NCBI GenBank assembly: GCA_965113315.1
Contig: OZ220364.1
Direction: 5' to 3' (one strand)
DNA length: 64,000 bases
From: Podarcis vaucheri
Taxonomy: Eukaryota
Shown here: one piece after another, positions 52,330 through 64,000 of the stretch
Layout of the letters: each line of letters starts with the position of its first letter
Numbering within the stretch: the stretch's first letter is position 1
Program-made: the position numbers and the translations under genes
The notes under the pieces: model-generated
Told to the model about the DNA's origin: nothing
Databases searched by the model: none
Seen by the model: the letters and a program-made list of their open reading frames with translations, nothing else

Positions 52330-53701
52330 CTGAAGGGAAGAAAGAGGGGGGGGGACTACTTTAGAAAACTACAAGCTACAAAAATTATTGGCTGTCAGGA
52401 CAGCCAGGTTGTGTTGTGAATCACTCCTTAATGGCAATCTCGTAGCTGTTCAAGAAGTGAGGCCCATAAACTGAGTGGACCTTTTCCTATGGTAAGCAGT
52501 GATGACAAAACTCAACACCCAAGTTTTGTAATCCATACTTGGTATAAAATACAGAAAAGAAGACACAGGAGTTACAACTGAAAGGATGGAACGAAGCTGC
52601 TGGAACCTCAATTCCAGTGCTGTGATCCTATGAATACCTTGAATACAGTATACTCAAAATGTGTCCACAAGAAACAATAACAATGTATGCATACATGCCA
52701 AGAACATAACCTGCTGGTGCAGTAAATGTTTACTGGAGATTTCCCTCCTTCCCTTGTAAGTGGGCAAGGAGATTTCTTTCTTTCTCTTTTTCTAAAAAAA
52801 ATCTTTAATAAGTATGAGCATTGGAGCAGAAAGTCACAGATGGCTTTCTGTTTTTTACAGCCTTCATTTACACTGTTCTCTGCCTTTACAATGCCCAAGC
52901 TGGCTGGTGTCATGGTGTCCACTGTTTCCACCAAGGCATGCAAACTTGCTACTCGAGCAATTAGCACTAAACGGAGGCAATTATCTTATGCCTGTGAGAC
53001 AAGGCAAGAATGGGATGAGACGTTATTTATTTATTTTACAACTGATGCAATCTGCCTTTTAGCCCATTATGGCTCACAAGAGAAGTATATTAAAATATGA
53101 ACATTCAAACAAACAAATATTCACACTAAAGCAACTAGCAATAAAAGCAAGGTTGTAAAACCCAAGCATATTGCGTGATGCCTATACTTCCCTTTTCCCT
53201 ATGACTCAGATGACAGGTGTGGGAAAACCCTGGAAGCATGATTATGTTACTGAGAAATGGTAGGGGGACTGAAGGGTAGGGGGAAAGAGAGTGGAGAGGA
53301 AACTGAGGCATGCTGACCTACACTGAATCTCCAAGTCACCACCAACAGTTCCTAGCAGTTCCACATGAAGGTAAATAATGTATTTACAGTGCAGTAGTGA
53401 CCATTTATTTCTTGGGATTGTCAGAATGAGTCAAACCAGATGTGGGACAGGAGATTTGCCATTAGATCTCCTGACCTTTTGACTGTGTACATATTACTGG
53501 CTTAAAACACAGAAAGGCTCATACTTATTTTCAATTCAGACTGAAGCTGGTTTTGGGGTGGAAATGCATCAGAACACAGTGTTTCAGAATAAATGACAGG
53601 ATAGATATGGATTGTGGCTAACTGCTTCTCAAACCAGAAGTGGATGCAATATAAATGGGAGTGTGTACACAGCCTTCCTTAAACCAACAAAAGCAAGCAA
53701 G

Positions 53702-53703
<2 letters not shown>

Positions 53704-53734
<31 letters not shown>
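53704..53734. repeat. (GT)n microsatellite
   Basis: Direct observation. Confidence 0.97.
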
Positions 53735-53735
<1 letters not shown>

Positions 53736-55493
53736 AATTTGAGCAGGACCAGTTACAAGGGTAAGGGGGATTAACTTCACATATGCCAAAATTCCCCTCC
53801 CTGCAAAAGCTAATATTTCCCCCCTACATGATGTCTAAACATACAGCCTACTTTTCAACTATCTTCCTTTTGTGGATGGTGGTTTTTGTTTTTTAAAGGA
53901 AATGCTGGAGCATCCCATCTAGTTGGACTCTAAGATGTTATGGGAGGGCGGGGGAGAAGGTGATAAAGCAGAGAGCAGGCACACTAGGGCATCCACGCAC
54001 CAGTCAGATTACAGAATAATGTTTAGTTTTTAAAAGGAGAGGTGTCAAAGACTCAACCCTTTCTGAGAACATTTTCACTATTCCCAAAATGTATGGCAGA
54101 GTGTGGACTGGTTGTGGTGAGGGGAAATCATTCCATTCATTCTCTCCAGGGCACTGAAAAGTAATAAAAGAAGAGCCCCATGAGCTGATGCCTGCCCACA
54201 GCATATTTCCTACCCCGACTGTAACTTTGGCGGTTGGGCACTAATGCCTTAGAGAAGTCTTGTTTATTCACTAGACTCCACTACCTGAACAGCTTACGCA
54301 ACCATGAAAAATGCATAAACAAAAATGACTTTAAAGAAAACAGAATTGAAACACATAAAGCACACTTTACATTTTCATGAAAGGCAGGCAAGTGATTAAA
54401 AACAGCTGATAAACTTTGGGGGAGGAGGGGATTTGCAACTAAAAGCATGCTGTAACACATTAGGAAAGGGAGAAGTTACTACATATGTGAGTTGCTTTAT
54501 ATTTTTATGAATGAATAAAAAACAGCCATGTTAGCACTAGGTAGTCTACGAGTCGATAAAGAGCAGCTTTTTTTCAGAAATAAAAATGGCTAGCCGAAAA
54601 CAAATAATGGCTTGTTAAAAAAAAAATAGTATTGTTATTTTTTTACAGAAAGGCAGGAACTCTCTACAAAACATCAGAATGTATGTGGCTGGATGCTGAA
54701 TGAAAACTTGATGAGTTAAAAGTCATATTACAAAGGATGACTTATAGCACTTTTCTTTGTAAGTGATTAATAGGAATATGTTATATGTCAAAAAGACCTC
54801 ATTAAAGCATAATGTCATCTATTTGAAGTCTTACTCTGATGTAAACGGTGTTGAAGAAAAAAATGAAACACAACTGATCAAATATAAATAATTGTTGTGA
54901 TGACTAAAATTAAGCAAAGTGCATCTTTATGAAAAAGTATTTTGCTTTTTAAGAGTTTCCATTTAGATAAAAAAAGCAATAACCAATGTTTCTCACAAAT
55001 GTCAAGTTAAAAGTATTTTGCTTTTTAAAGCTATCAGGAGTGTCACATCCATACTTCACAACTGAAAATCAAATGTTGGGTGGGCACTGAGGCAGCCAGC
55101 TACATTGCTGAATTTTGCAATTGCACAAAGTTGCAGGCCTTTTGCTTTATATAATAAAGCAGCAACATAAGATTAAAACTTAAAAGGAGGGTAGTACATT
55201 TATCTGAGGAACCGTTGCAACAACAAAGGAAGGCTGGTACAATCACCAAAGCTATTCCCCTCCCCCGGGTTAAGAAAGTGATGCTGTCATGGAATTCATG
55301 GGACCATACAAACTAAGTACACCTTAGGTTTTATTACAGGCATTTTGGAGAGAGAAAAGGGAAAAGTAGGGCAAGCATGATTTTTCTAACTGATTCAAAG
55401 TCATTCCGGGTCAAAGAGGATGCATTCAGTATCATTCTTGGAATTGTTCGATCTTCTAAGTCAAGTGAGGAAGCAATGAGGCATTCCACCTAC

Positions 55494-56510
55494 CACAGCT
55501 CTGGCATCTTTTTTACAAGCTAGGCTTCTCCCAATGTTTGGTAGGCCTTGAGTCAGGTAGTCATTCTGCATCACTGAAGTCTGATCTGGACCAAGCTTGT
55601 GGCAACACTGGGTACATTCTGCCTTGCTGGCTTGTTCAGAAATAAATTCTGAACATGGGGTTTTCATAGGCGTGCCTGCTGTTTTTACTGAGGCAGAGCT
55701 ATTTTGTGGGTTAATTAGATGCTGCACAGATTCATTTAATAAAGGCAGGTCTAAACTTTTGCCATAAAGCTTACTAGTTTCGTGATGTGGTTGAGATGCA
55801 GAGCTGGTTTTTAGACTATTGCAGAGGACGGAAGGAATGTGTATAGCACATTTAAGAGGCATTAATAATTCAGTTTTGTTCAGATCTGCTCCAGAATGCA
55901 GCAGATGAGCCAAGCACTCGTGGCAGGTTGGTTTAATGAGCATAAACTCGGCAGAATTTGAAGACTTCCACAATCCCGGTAGCTGTGATTCACTGGTTTC
56001 ATTTTCCTTCTCCTGCAATGGCTTTAGGCTTGATCCCAGCAGTTCTGCTGTGAGAGGCATCGCATTTGGTGTCAAAGCCACCACTGAATCACTATGGCGA
56101 CGGCAGCTGAAGGAACTGCTGTGCAACGCAGGTAGCAAATACTGTTGAGTACAGAAGCACTGTGTCCCAGGGGTCTCTGAGGAGGAGCACACAAGACACG
56201 TGCCAGCTTTGTCATTGAATAAGACTGAAGGTTCGTGTTCGGCTTCTCGCTGTTCTTCTTGCAGTAGCAGTTCCATTAATTTTTGCTGGTTGTTGAAACA
56301 GGAGCATGAGAGCAAGTGTGAATGACTTCCTAGGTACTGGTTGTTAGATTTAGGAGCTTCTACAACAGAAGTGCTTCTTCGCCTCTCTGAAATATTCAGC
56401 CCAACGAAAGAGCTACACAGGTACTGAACAGATGCCTGCCCTTCAGAACAGCTGGAAGAAATATCTGACCCGAAAGATTCTCGAGAAAATGAAGGAACAA
56501 TAATATGTGG
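55494..56510 (-). CDS. WNK2: Putative large alternative cassette exon of WNK2, HSN2-like (339 aa), phase 0->0
   Basis: ttttctcgctgtctctatag|CCACAT...GCTGTG|gtaggt; 1017 nt without a stop. The frame opens exactly at the acceptor and closes 33 nt after the donor. Contains ISERRRSTSVVEA. Confidence 0.8.
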
Positions 56511-56690
56511 CTATAGAGACAGCGAGAAAACACAACAAATGAGAGAATGCTTAAAACAATAACGTTTAGGGTTCTAATTTGGTTACAGTTAAAGTAAAAC
56601 ACATTTGGGTTGAATTAAATGTATTGTACCTGCTTAGTTTGTTAGAGTACACAGCTAAAGCAAACATACATACTGAGTAGATAAGCAATA

Positions 56691-57105
56691 CAGTGGTGCC
56701 CCGCAAGACGAATGCCTCGCAATACAAAAAACTCGCTAGACGAAAGTTTTTTCCGTTCGCGATTTGCCTCGCAAGACGAATTTCCCCTATGGGCTTGCTT
56801 CGCAAGACGAAAACGTCTCGCGACTTTTTTTCTTTGACTAAAAACAAAGACATGTTTTGTTTATAAAGTTAATTTATTTTCCCTTAAATTTTTGAACTGC
56901 TCTTTACAGTATGTGTGACTTTAAAGAGCAGTTAATAAACTGTTGTTGTACCAAATTTGGCTTTGTTTGGACTTCTTTTGACCATAGGAACGCATTAATT
57001 GATTTTCAATGCATTCCTATGGGATTTCGTGCTTCGCAAGACGAAAAATTCGCTAGACGACAAAAATTGCGGAGCGAATTAATTTCGTCTTGCGGGGCAC
57101 CACTG
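56691..57105. mobile_element. Tc1/mariner (Tigger-like) MITE
   Basis: Perfect 22-bp TIR CAGTGGTGCCCCGCAAGACGAA, TA TSD, internal cgcaagacgaa subrepeats. Confidence 0.92.
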
Positions 57106-57266
57106 TATGTGTTTTTATGGCACCAATTCATATATATGGGGGAGCTTCATATATTCATGTGGGGAAACTGGACTCAGAGTCTAGAATCTGAAAAAGAATT
57201 TGTTCTTAAAGGTTATATGTGGGGATCCATAAATACAAAGTATTTTAAGGAAACTGTTATGCTTAC

Positions 57267-57463
57267 AACTGAAGGCTGCTGGTAGGGTCCCAGCTGCTGA
57301 AGACCATGGGGCAAAGTCTGGTTTTCGCTGAGAGGTGGGCTATAAACCCGCTGAATTGCAGGAGGTATTGCATCAGGCATAGATGAGTAGATGACACTTT
57401 GCTGGCTGCTCTGGGAGTCTGAATACACGGTTGATCCCTGCCCACTGTCGAATGTGCTATCCG
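57267..57463 (-). CDS. WNK2: WNK2 exon (DSTFDSGQGSTVYSDSQ; acidic/KLHL3-degron-adjacent region), phase 1->0
   Basis: ccttcag|CGGAT...TCAGTT|gtaagc; 197 nt; continues the previous exon's frame. Confidence 0.95.
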
Positions 57464-60400
57464 CTGAAGGATGATTGGGGGGGGAAATAAAGGGTGTGTT
57501 AAAAATCAAAGGAAATTAGTTCTGATCCCCAACTCACTGATGTCCCAGCTAGCCTGCAACAATGCAATGCCTATGTAATATCACAGCCTGTGCAATGGTG
57601 TGCTAGTGCAGTAGCCCATATACCTTCTCCTAAAATTATAATGCATTTATCAGCTTGCACAGCATGTCTCAGAATTGGCCCACTGCTCAAATTCACTTTA
57701 GTTGTTATACACTAAATGGATGTTGGGTTACTTTCTCTACCAATTTTCTCATTGCCATCTTTATCTGGATAGAGCCATACTGAAAAATTCATGTCAAGGC
57801 TAGCATGTTTTGCTCGTTTATGTCTACCAAACACTATTACAGGCCCATAGCACAGTGGATTTGATTATGATTTCAACTTGACATGAGTTAGCTGAACACC
57901 ATGCTGGAATATTTTTTCTCTCCTGTATTTTTAATTCTCTTTTATTCAGTGATGATATTACAAATTCCAAGGGGCCATATATACAGGACTGAAGCAGTCA
58001 AGTGTGCTAGAATTTTGTTACTGCAAATTTCCTCTAAGGTAGGTGTGGAATTAGGGGAAAATATTAAATGTAGGAGTGGGATGGACGGATGGATGAAAGG
58101 AAGGAACTGTTCAGCAGCCTGCTTGCATACTCCCCTGCTTAAATCAGCCTTTATGCTTTGACTTTATAGGAAATCATCATGGCCATAGCATGTCATTCAA
58201 GTCAATCTTAATGTGGAGTATTCAATAGATATTTATTGGTGCAGTCCAAAGTCCTGGTCATGCTGACACTACAATCTCTTTTCTATACAGCTCAGCGATT
58301 TGAATGTTGGTGATTCTGTGTTATATTTCCTCTGCTCATAGAGGGAGCAAATAAGCATAGAATATGGGCTGCATGCAAAAGAAGTGTGAGCAGACTCCGG
58401 CTTACTAATGTCCATTAGCAAAATATTTTTTTATATATATACTTTTAGTAATGCTGATGGACATGTAGTAGAAAAAAACAAAAGTAATTTGGGGATATTA
58501 CTTTCTGAGTGATAGAAATACAAAGAGTTCTTTGTTCTATTGTTATTTATTGCTGGGAGAAAACAACTTAAGAATTAAAGTTCAAGTGCCACTTGCTCTG
58601 CAATGATACATGGCAAAGAACAGAGAATTTTCTAGTGAAAGAGTGAGTTCAGTTTACTTTATATCGGGGTGAAGAACCTCCAACCCAGGGGTCAGATCTG
58701 GTAAGGTTCCAATTTGGCCCACACCACCTTTCAACCCCAAACGATGCACACCTGACACCATATGTGGTCATATGTGTGGGGCTGTACAGACACAGCTGGA
58801 TTAGCTGCCCTACCAAGTTCGCTGCAAGGAGCTCAACCACATAGCCAATCCTTGCAGAAAGTAGTTTTGCTAGCCCTGTGCTTGATGCTTTTTCCAAGTA
58901 TAGGGCTGGCAAAGCCCCAAGTACTGCGGTCCCCAAGCACCCAACGGCCAGCTGGCTGTCAAGTACTTGGGAAGCACCATGGAAGAGACTTTGACAAGTG
59001 GGCAAGAGAATCTGCCTGTTAATGTCATAAGAACATCAGGTGACTGACAGGTCACTTGCCCAAGCTGGCCTGCAGAGTTGGGGGAGATAGTGGGCAAAGA
59101 AATTCCCAAACTCTGCTTTATACGAATGCTTCCTGCCCTAGTTTCTGCATTTACAAGGACACTAGCTTATTTAACCAAACCCTAAAGCAATTTGATCCCA
59201 GCTAACCAAGCAATTTTTTTCTCTGCCCCAATGGCCCTACTGATCTTGGCAGTGGCAGCAAAAAGAGGGGGGAGGGAATCGAAGCAGACACAGCACTAGG
59301 GAGGGCAGAGCCCAGGAACCTGACTATCAGATTGATCAGCTGATGAGCAGAGAATGGGCATCAGCCTGCCTTCTCAGCTGATGGGCTTTAAATATGTCTT
59401 TGGCGTGTGAAATGTTTAAACACTATGCTATGTTATTGTATAGCTGTTATCAACAGTCCAGCATCTCCAAGTTTGATAGAGTATTATATTAAATATAATA
59501 AACACAATATAATAAACATATTAAAATAGTTTCTCTTTACAAAGCAGAAAAAGGAACATATGCCACGCAATTCCTAACTGGAGCCAAAATCAAGATAAAG
59601 CTCAGGCTTAATAAAAGTATTTGGGAAGTTACATTTCTTCTGATTTTGGGGGATTCAGCTCTAGCTCTCATAGGTTTGGGCCAAATCGAACCATTAGCTG
59701 ATGAAAATTCACCATGGTCCAATCAATCTTCCTTTTAGTGGGGTGGGAGAAGCCACTTCAAACTTTGCTCATGTATTTGTTTATAAGCAAGACTCCATGT
59801 ATTTTATAATGTAGAGATGTTTACAGCATAGATATTTTAATCTATTACAGAAATTATTTGTAACCACAAATGTGGGGCTGGGGGGGGCTGGGAGTGTAAC
59901 TATACAGAGTTGAAGTAGCAGTAGGAAGCCAAGTCTAGATTTTTATGGCTCATCATGTCGTACAGAGATGCTAAATTATTTATCTTCATTTCTGCCTTCT
60001 TTGAGTATCACAGGCAGCGTAAAGGAAATTATTTATAGGGCTTTTAGACACAAAAGCACTATGCTACCATCCAAATAGCATATGATACTGGTGCTTTAAA
60101 GTACAGCAAAAAATAAAAATAAAAATGGAAGTGGTGGGATTAAACGGCATCTTATTTTTAAACATATTTATGTTTTGTAAGCAGCTCTCATTGAATAATT
60201 ATTTTATAGCTAGATGTTTTAACTAATTTAGTTAAAATGTATATTGTTATTTGAGGTCTAGTTCTTATATTAGGAAATTCAATCTGTTTTACTGAAACAG
60301 AAAATTATAGTTGTCCATTATGATATTATTTCAGTTATTTCTGTAGTCAAAAATATTATGTCTCATCTTCGAATATAGTGGCCTACAAGCTTCAGCAATG

Positions 60401-60554
60401 AAACAGAATTCTATTGTGCTGGTAAATATATTCAATCCTGACCCAATCCATTGTGCTTGGACAGAACAGTTTCAGAATTATAATTTTCTTGATAAGTTTT
60501 TGCAGGGGTCCTACATGACTCCTGCTGTAGGGACTATCTGCTACTATATAGAAT

Positions 60555-60663
60555 TTTAATTCTATTAATGTTTAATTGCTTTTTAATGGTTTCTCCCCTG
60601 TGTTTTAGCTGTTCTTATTTTATCTGTAAGCCACCTTGAAACCCTGTCAGGGAAAAGGTTGGA

Positions 60664-60710
<47 letters not shown>
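60555..60710 (+). mobile_element. LINE/SINE 3' end with (AAT)n tail
   Basis: tgtaagccaccttga...gaaaagg motif followed by (AAT)n at 60665-60707. Confidence 0.55.
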
Positions 60711-60711
<1 letters not shown>

Positions 60712-61485
60712 CGATCCATGGTGGCTGCTGGCCATATATTAGTTAGTGCTTCACTCTAGCAGGAAACACCACCTGGGATGAAAATAATAGGTGTGGAATA
60801 TGTAATCTCATCAGGAAGTAAGTCGCAAGAACACCTCTGTTAGTTGAAGCTCTATGCAAGGATATGCAGAGAGTGCTAACATGCTCCAGTCTGACTAACA
60901 TCCCCTGGAACAAGAAGGATGTCAGATACTGGCAATGCTTTGCAGCTTTCTTTGAACTGTTTAATGAAATCTTTAGCCCTCATCCCATTTTCATGTTTAC
61001 TGTGTTCCAGATTCAAAGAGAACCTCTGGCCCCTGGCAGAACACCACTTCCTTCCATTTCTCTTCTCAACTGGTTGTCACTTTTTTCCATCTTTCAAATC
61101 AAATATTCCATGCTATTGTGAGCTTATGGGGCTAGTTGTTTCCCCCCCACCCTACTTGAGGATATTTTTTCCTGAAGATATTCTGAGCATCTGCAAGCCT
61201 CAGAGCTACTTTAAGCCTGCCAGCACCTCCCACTTGTATATGCGTAGTGCTGTTTTGGCTACAGCTCCATGAACATAGGAAGATTTGAACAAGAAATACA
61301 GGTCATGATAGCTAACTGCTGACCCTTGAGAAAATGTTTCTTTGCGGATCGCTTATTTATTTTAATCACAAATACGTGGAGTGTTTGGAACCATGCATCC
61401 CAGTCGTTTTTCTTTCCCTGCCAAATTTGCTGGCACGGTAACTGTGCCTATATGATTCTGTATTAGACTTTAATTAGTTTACATG

Positions 61486-61901
61486 CAGTGCTTTTTTCTT
61501 TAAAAAAAAATGTTTAGTGGTACTCTCAATTTGACTCAAGAAAATCAGCATTTTATATCGGGGAAAATAAATATAGTGGTACCTCTGGTTATGTACTTAA
61601 TTTGTTCTGGAGGTCCGTTCTTAACCTGAAACTGTTCTTAACCTGAGGTACCACTTTAGCTAATGGGGCCTCCTGCTGCCGCTGCGCTGCCGGCGCGCGA
61701 TTTCTGTTCTCATCCTGAGGTAAAGTTCTTAACCTGAGGTACTACTTCTGGGTTAGCAGAGTCTGTAACCCAAAGTGTTTGTAACCTGAGGTGTTTGTAA
61801 CCCAAGGTACCACACTGTACAGTAAATGGACAAAAGTACAAAGATTCACAAAATGTTTAGGGGTATACGTCCCCCTGCATCCCCCCAGAAAAAAAGCACT
61901 G
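61486..61901. mobile_element. Non-autonomous hAT element
   Basis: TIR CAGTGCTTTTTT; perfect 8-bp TSD tttacatg (61478-61485 and 61902-61909). Confidence 0.9.
61574..61817. mobile_element. Tc1/mariner-type MITE nested in the hAT element
   Basis: TA-(t)agtggtacc...ggtaccacactg-TA; repeated ttaacctgaggt units. Confidence 0.85.
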
Positions 61902-61982
61902 TTTACATGTATTATTCACCACCAGTGCCTTGTTATATACTCTCAGTTGGGCTTCTATGAATACTGAAACCAAGCCACTTAC

Positions 61983-62271
61983 ATGCAAGTGAAGTGACGC
62001 TTGTGGGAAGATTCTGCTGAGAAAGATGCTGGTCAGCTTCAGGCTCTTCTGGTTCTGACAGGATGTGATGACCAGTGTGAGAAAGGTACATAACCTGAAC
62101 TGGTTGTGCTTGTGGAATCTTCATTTTTTCTAAACTCTCGGGATCCCGTTGCTCTTCTGATTGCAGGAGAGGCCAAATCCTCTCCCTTCTCCACTGTATT
62201 AATGCTACTCTGTCACGTATTGACTTTGCAACAATTTTGACATCGCTCTCGTGAAAAAATCCAGCATCAAC
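61983..62271 (-). CDS. WNK2: WNK2 exon (end of autoinhibitory CCT/PF2-like domain, coiled coil, [10 protein letters not shown] motif), phase 0->1
   Basis: tttcag|GTTGAT...GCAT|gtaagt; encodes [34 protein letters not shown]...[10 protein letters not shown]...SVTSLA. Confidence 0.96.
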
Positions 62272-62935
62272 CTGAAATAAAGCCATGATTGTTCAGCTGT
62301 GAATCCACATACATGTAGGTGTTCATTCAGCAGAGTATTTTCTAAAGAGTTTTCGAAGAAGTGTGATATAACGCATGCCACAGTTTTTCATAAAATAGTG
62401 ACGTAGCTGCAAAACCAGCACCAGATCAAGCAACTATTATTCTATTTAAACATATGTCTGTCAATCATTCTAATTTGAAGATCACTGGAGCACCATATAA
62501 AATCAGTTGTTAGCAAGTGTTACTTTTTCAGTCAAAGCATAACAGATGGCTGACAGGAAGGGGGCATTTATAAGAATAATTAAACCCAGTGCACACTGCC
62601 ATCATATTTGGCATAATCTCAGATGTCTGTTTCATGAATAACCTACAATTTTTCCAAACTGCATTGCAGCTTAAGACTACAGCTTTTCAGGAACAAAACC
62701 TTACAGAGATTACCTCTGTTTCAAGTTTTTCAGTAAGACAGGTTTGCAGCAATGATATTTTCAAAATGGAACTAGGCACCTAGGCCAGATATTCAAGTTG
62801 CAATGTTTAAGACAATCACTCATTTTATGCTGCCTTGCATCTGAAATCTACTTTACAATTTCATTTACATGTATTAATCTCTGTACTTGAAACAGAATAC
62901 ATATCATAATGGAGAAAACACAGAACATATAACAA

Positions 62936-63152
62936 GAGCCAGTGTGGCGTAGTGGTTAGCGTGTTGGACTAGGACCTGGGAGACCAGGGTTCAAATCTTC
63001 ACTTGGACATCAAGCTCACTGGGTGACCTTGGGGCCAGTCACTGCCTCTCGGCCTAACCTATCTCAGAGGGCTGCTGTGGGGATTAACTGAGGAGGGGGA
63101 GAACCATGAGCTCATTGGAGAAAAATGTGGGATATAAATTCAGTAAATAAAT
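62936..63152 (+). mobile_element. tRNA-derived SINE (Squam3/MIR-like)
   Basis: A box gtggcgtagtgg, B box ggttcaaatc, gtgaccttgg core, taaa tail. Confidence 0.85.
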
Positions 63153-64000
63153 GCCTTTCCTATTGTGAATATATCATTTGTGCAGCTGCTCCTGCAAACG
63201 TAGGCTCACCACGCCATGTACCAATCTTTAGGTACTATGTAAAAAAAGTCACCTCATGTCACATTGACTACAATATAAGCATATTCAGCTGATATCATTT
63301 CAAAAGCTCACTTGGCACTGATACTTTTACTTTTACCTCTTGGGTGAAGTCCTGTCTTTCACCCAATCAGAAATGTATGTATTTCCATATTTATGTTAGG
63401 GTCTAAGACATGGTATGGAACTGAAACAAATTCACCCCATGATTTTTAAAATGAAAAATGAAACATTAAAACATTTAAACCAAAAGGACTCAGGTGTAAG
63501 TGATTTGTGTAGTATAATTAAGCCTTTTAAAATATATGCGTGCTGATTAAAAAACTGGCATATCAGCATTAGCTTGCTGCATGGAAAAGAAACAGAGTTT
63601 ACTGCAAAAATCTCATTTATTACTCAAGCAAACAAATAGATTTGGGCCCAACTGATACTGCCTAGCTTATTGGAGCCAACCTGCTTTTCATTAAATACAT
63701 CCTGATTGAAGAGACAGAAGAGTACAGAACACTTTTGGCTAAGCAAGGCTACAGAGCTTCCTTGTTCCTTCAGGAGTACTTCCCATGAAGAACTGAATTC
63801 TTGCATAACTTCCACTGGCAACTTCACCAATGTATTTGCTAACACAGCAACTTTGTGCTTCACACAAGAGCTCTTCATATACCAAGCAAATTTATTCTAT
63901 GTTGGTAAATCACAGTATGACGGACCCTATGGCAAACAATCTGAAAATTACTATACTGTACTGGAACCAGTGAGAAAAGTTTTTTGGGGGGAAACTTCCT

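Larger units (their letters stand above)
2660..64000 (-). other. WNK2: WNK2 gene body (3' portion; kinase-domain exons outside the window)
   Basis: Ordered, phase-compatible GT-AG exons. Their peptides match recalled WNK2 motifs: [113 protein letters not shown] and [14 protein letters not shown]. The 3' boundary is approximate. Confidence 0.97.

Noticed and set aside
52608-53100. 119-124 aa ORFs in the intron
   Set aside because: No phase-0 compatible splice pair and no recognisable homology.
56511-57266. Search for an equivalent of WNK1 exon 8/8b upstream of the HSN2-like exon
   Set aside because: The intron is mostly a MITE and I found no suitable exon.
1-64000. Prokaryotic-type systems (CRISPR arrays, operons, rRNA/tRNA genes)
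   Set aside because: The sequence is a vertebrate intron-exon locus; the tRNA-like segments are SINE heads and the tandem repeats are microsatellites.

Overview
This is eukaryotic genomic DNA, most likely from a lacertid lizard (a Sauria SINE, squamate-type MITEs, and CR1/RTE/Penelope fragments are present). Almost the whole window is the 3' part of WNK2 (With-No-Lysine kinase 2) on the minus strand; the kinase-domain exons lie beyond position 64000. I traced 21 phase-consistent GT-AG coding exons from 62271 down to the stop at 4634-4636, followed by a 3' UTR of about 2 kb. Four observations go beyond the standard gene model. (1) A 1017-nt, phase 0-0, stop-free cassette exon at 55494-56510 carries ISERRRSTSVVEA, which resembles the ISQRRKSTSFLEA motif of the neuron-enriched HSN2 exon of WNK1, so it is a candidate HSN2-paralogous exon in WNK2. 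(2) A 12-nt microexon (LPAQ, 43081-43092) has an SRRM4-type architecture. (3) An intronic Penelope-like insertion carries two minimal hammerhead ribozyme motifs on a 113-bp inverted repeat. (4) The C-terminus is WNK1-like and contains an internal splice donor. All homologies are recalled from known proteins; no search was run. There is an assembly gap at 45695-45853.
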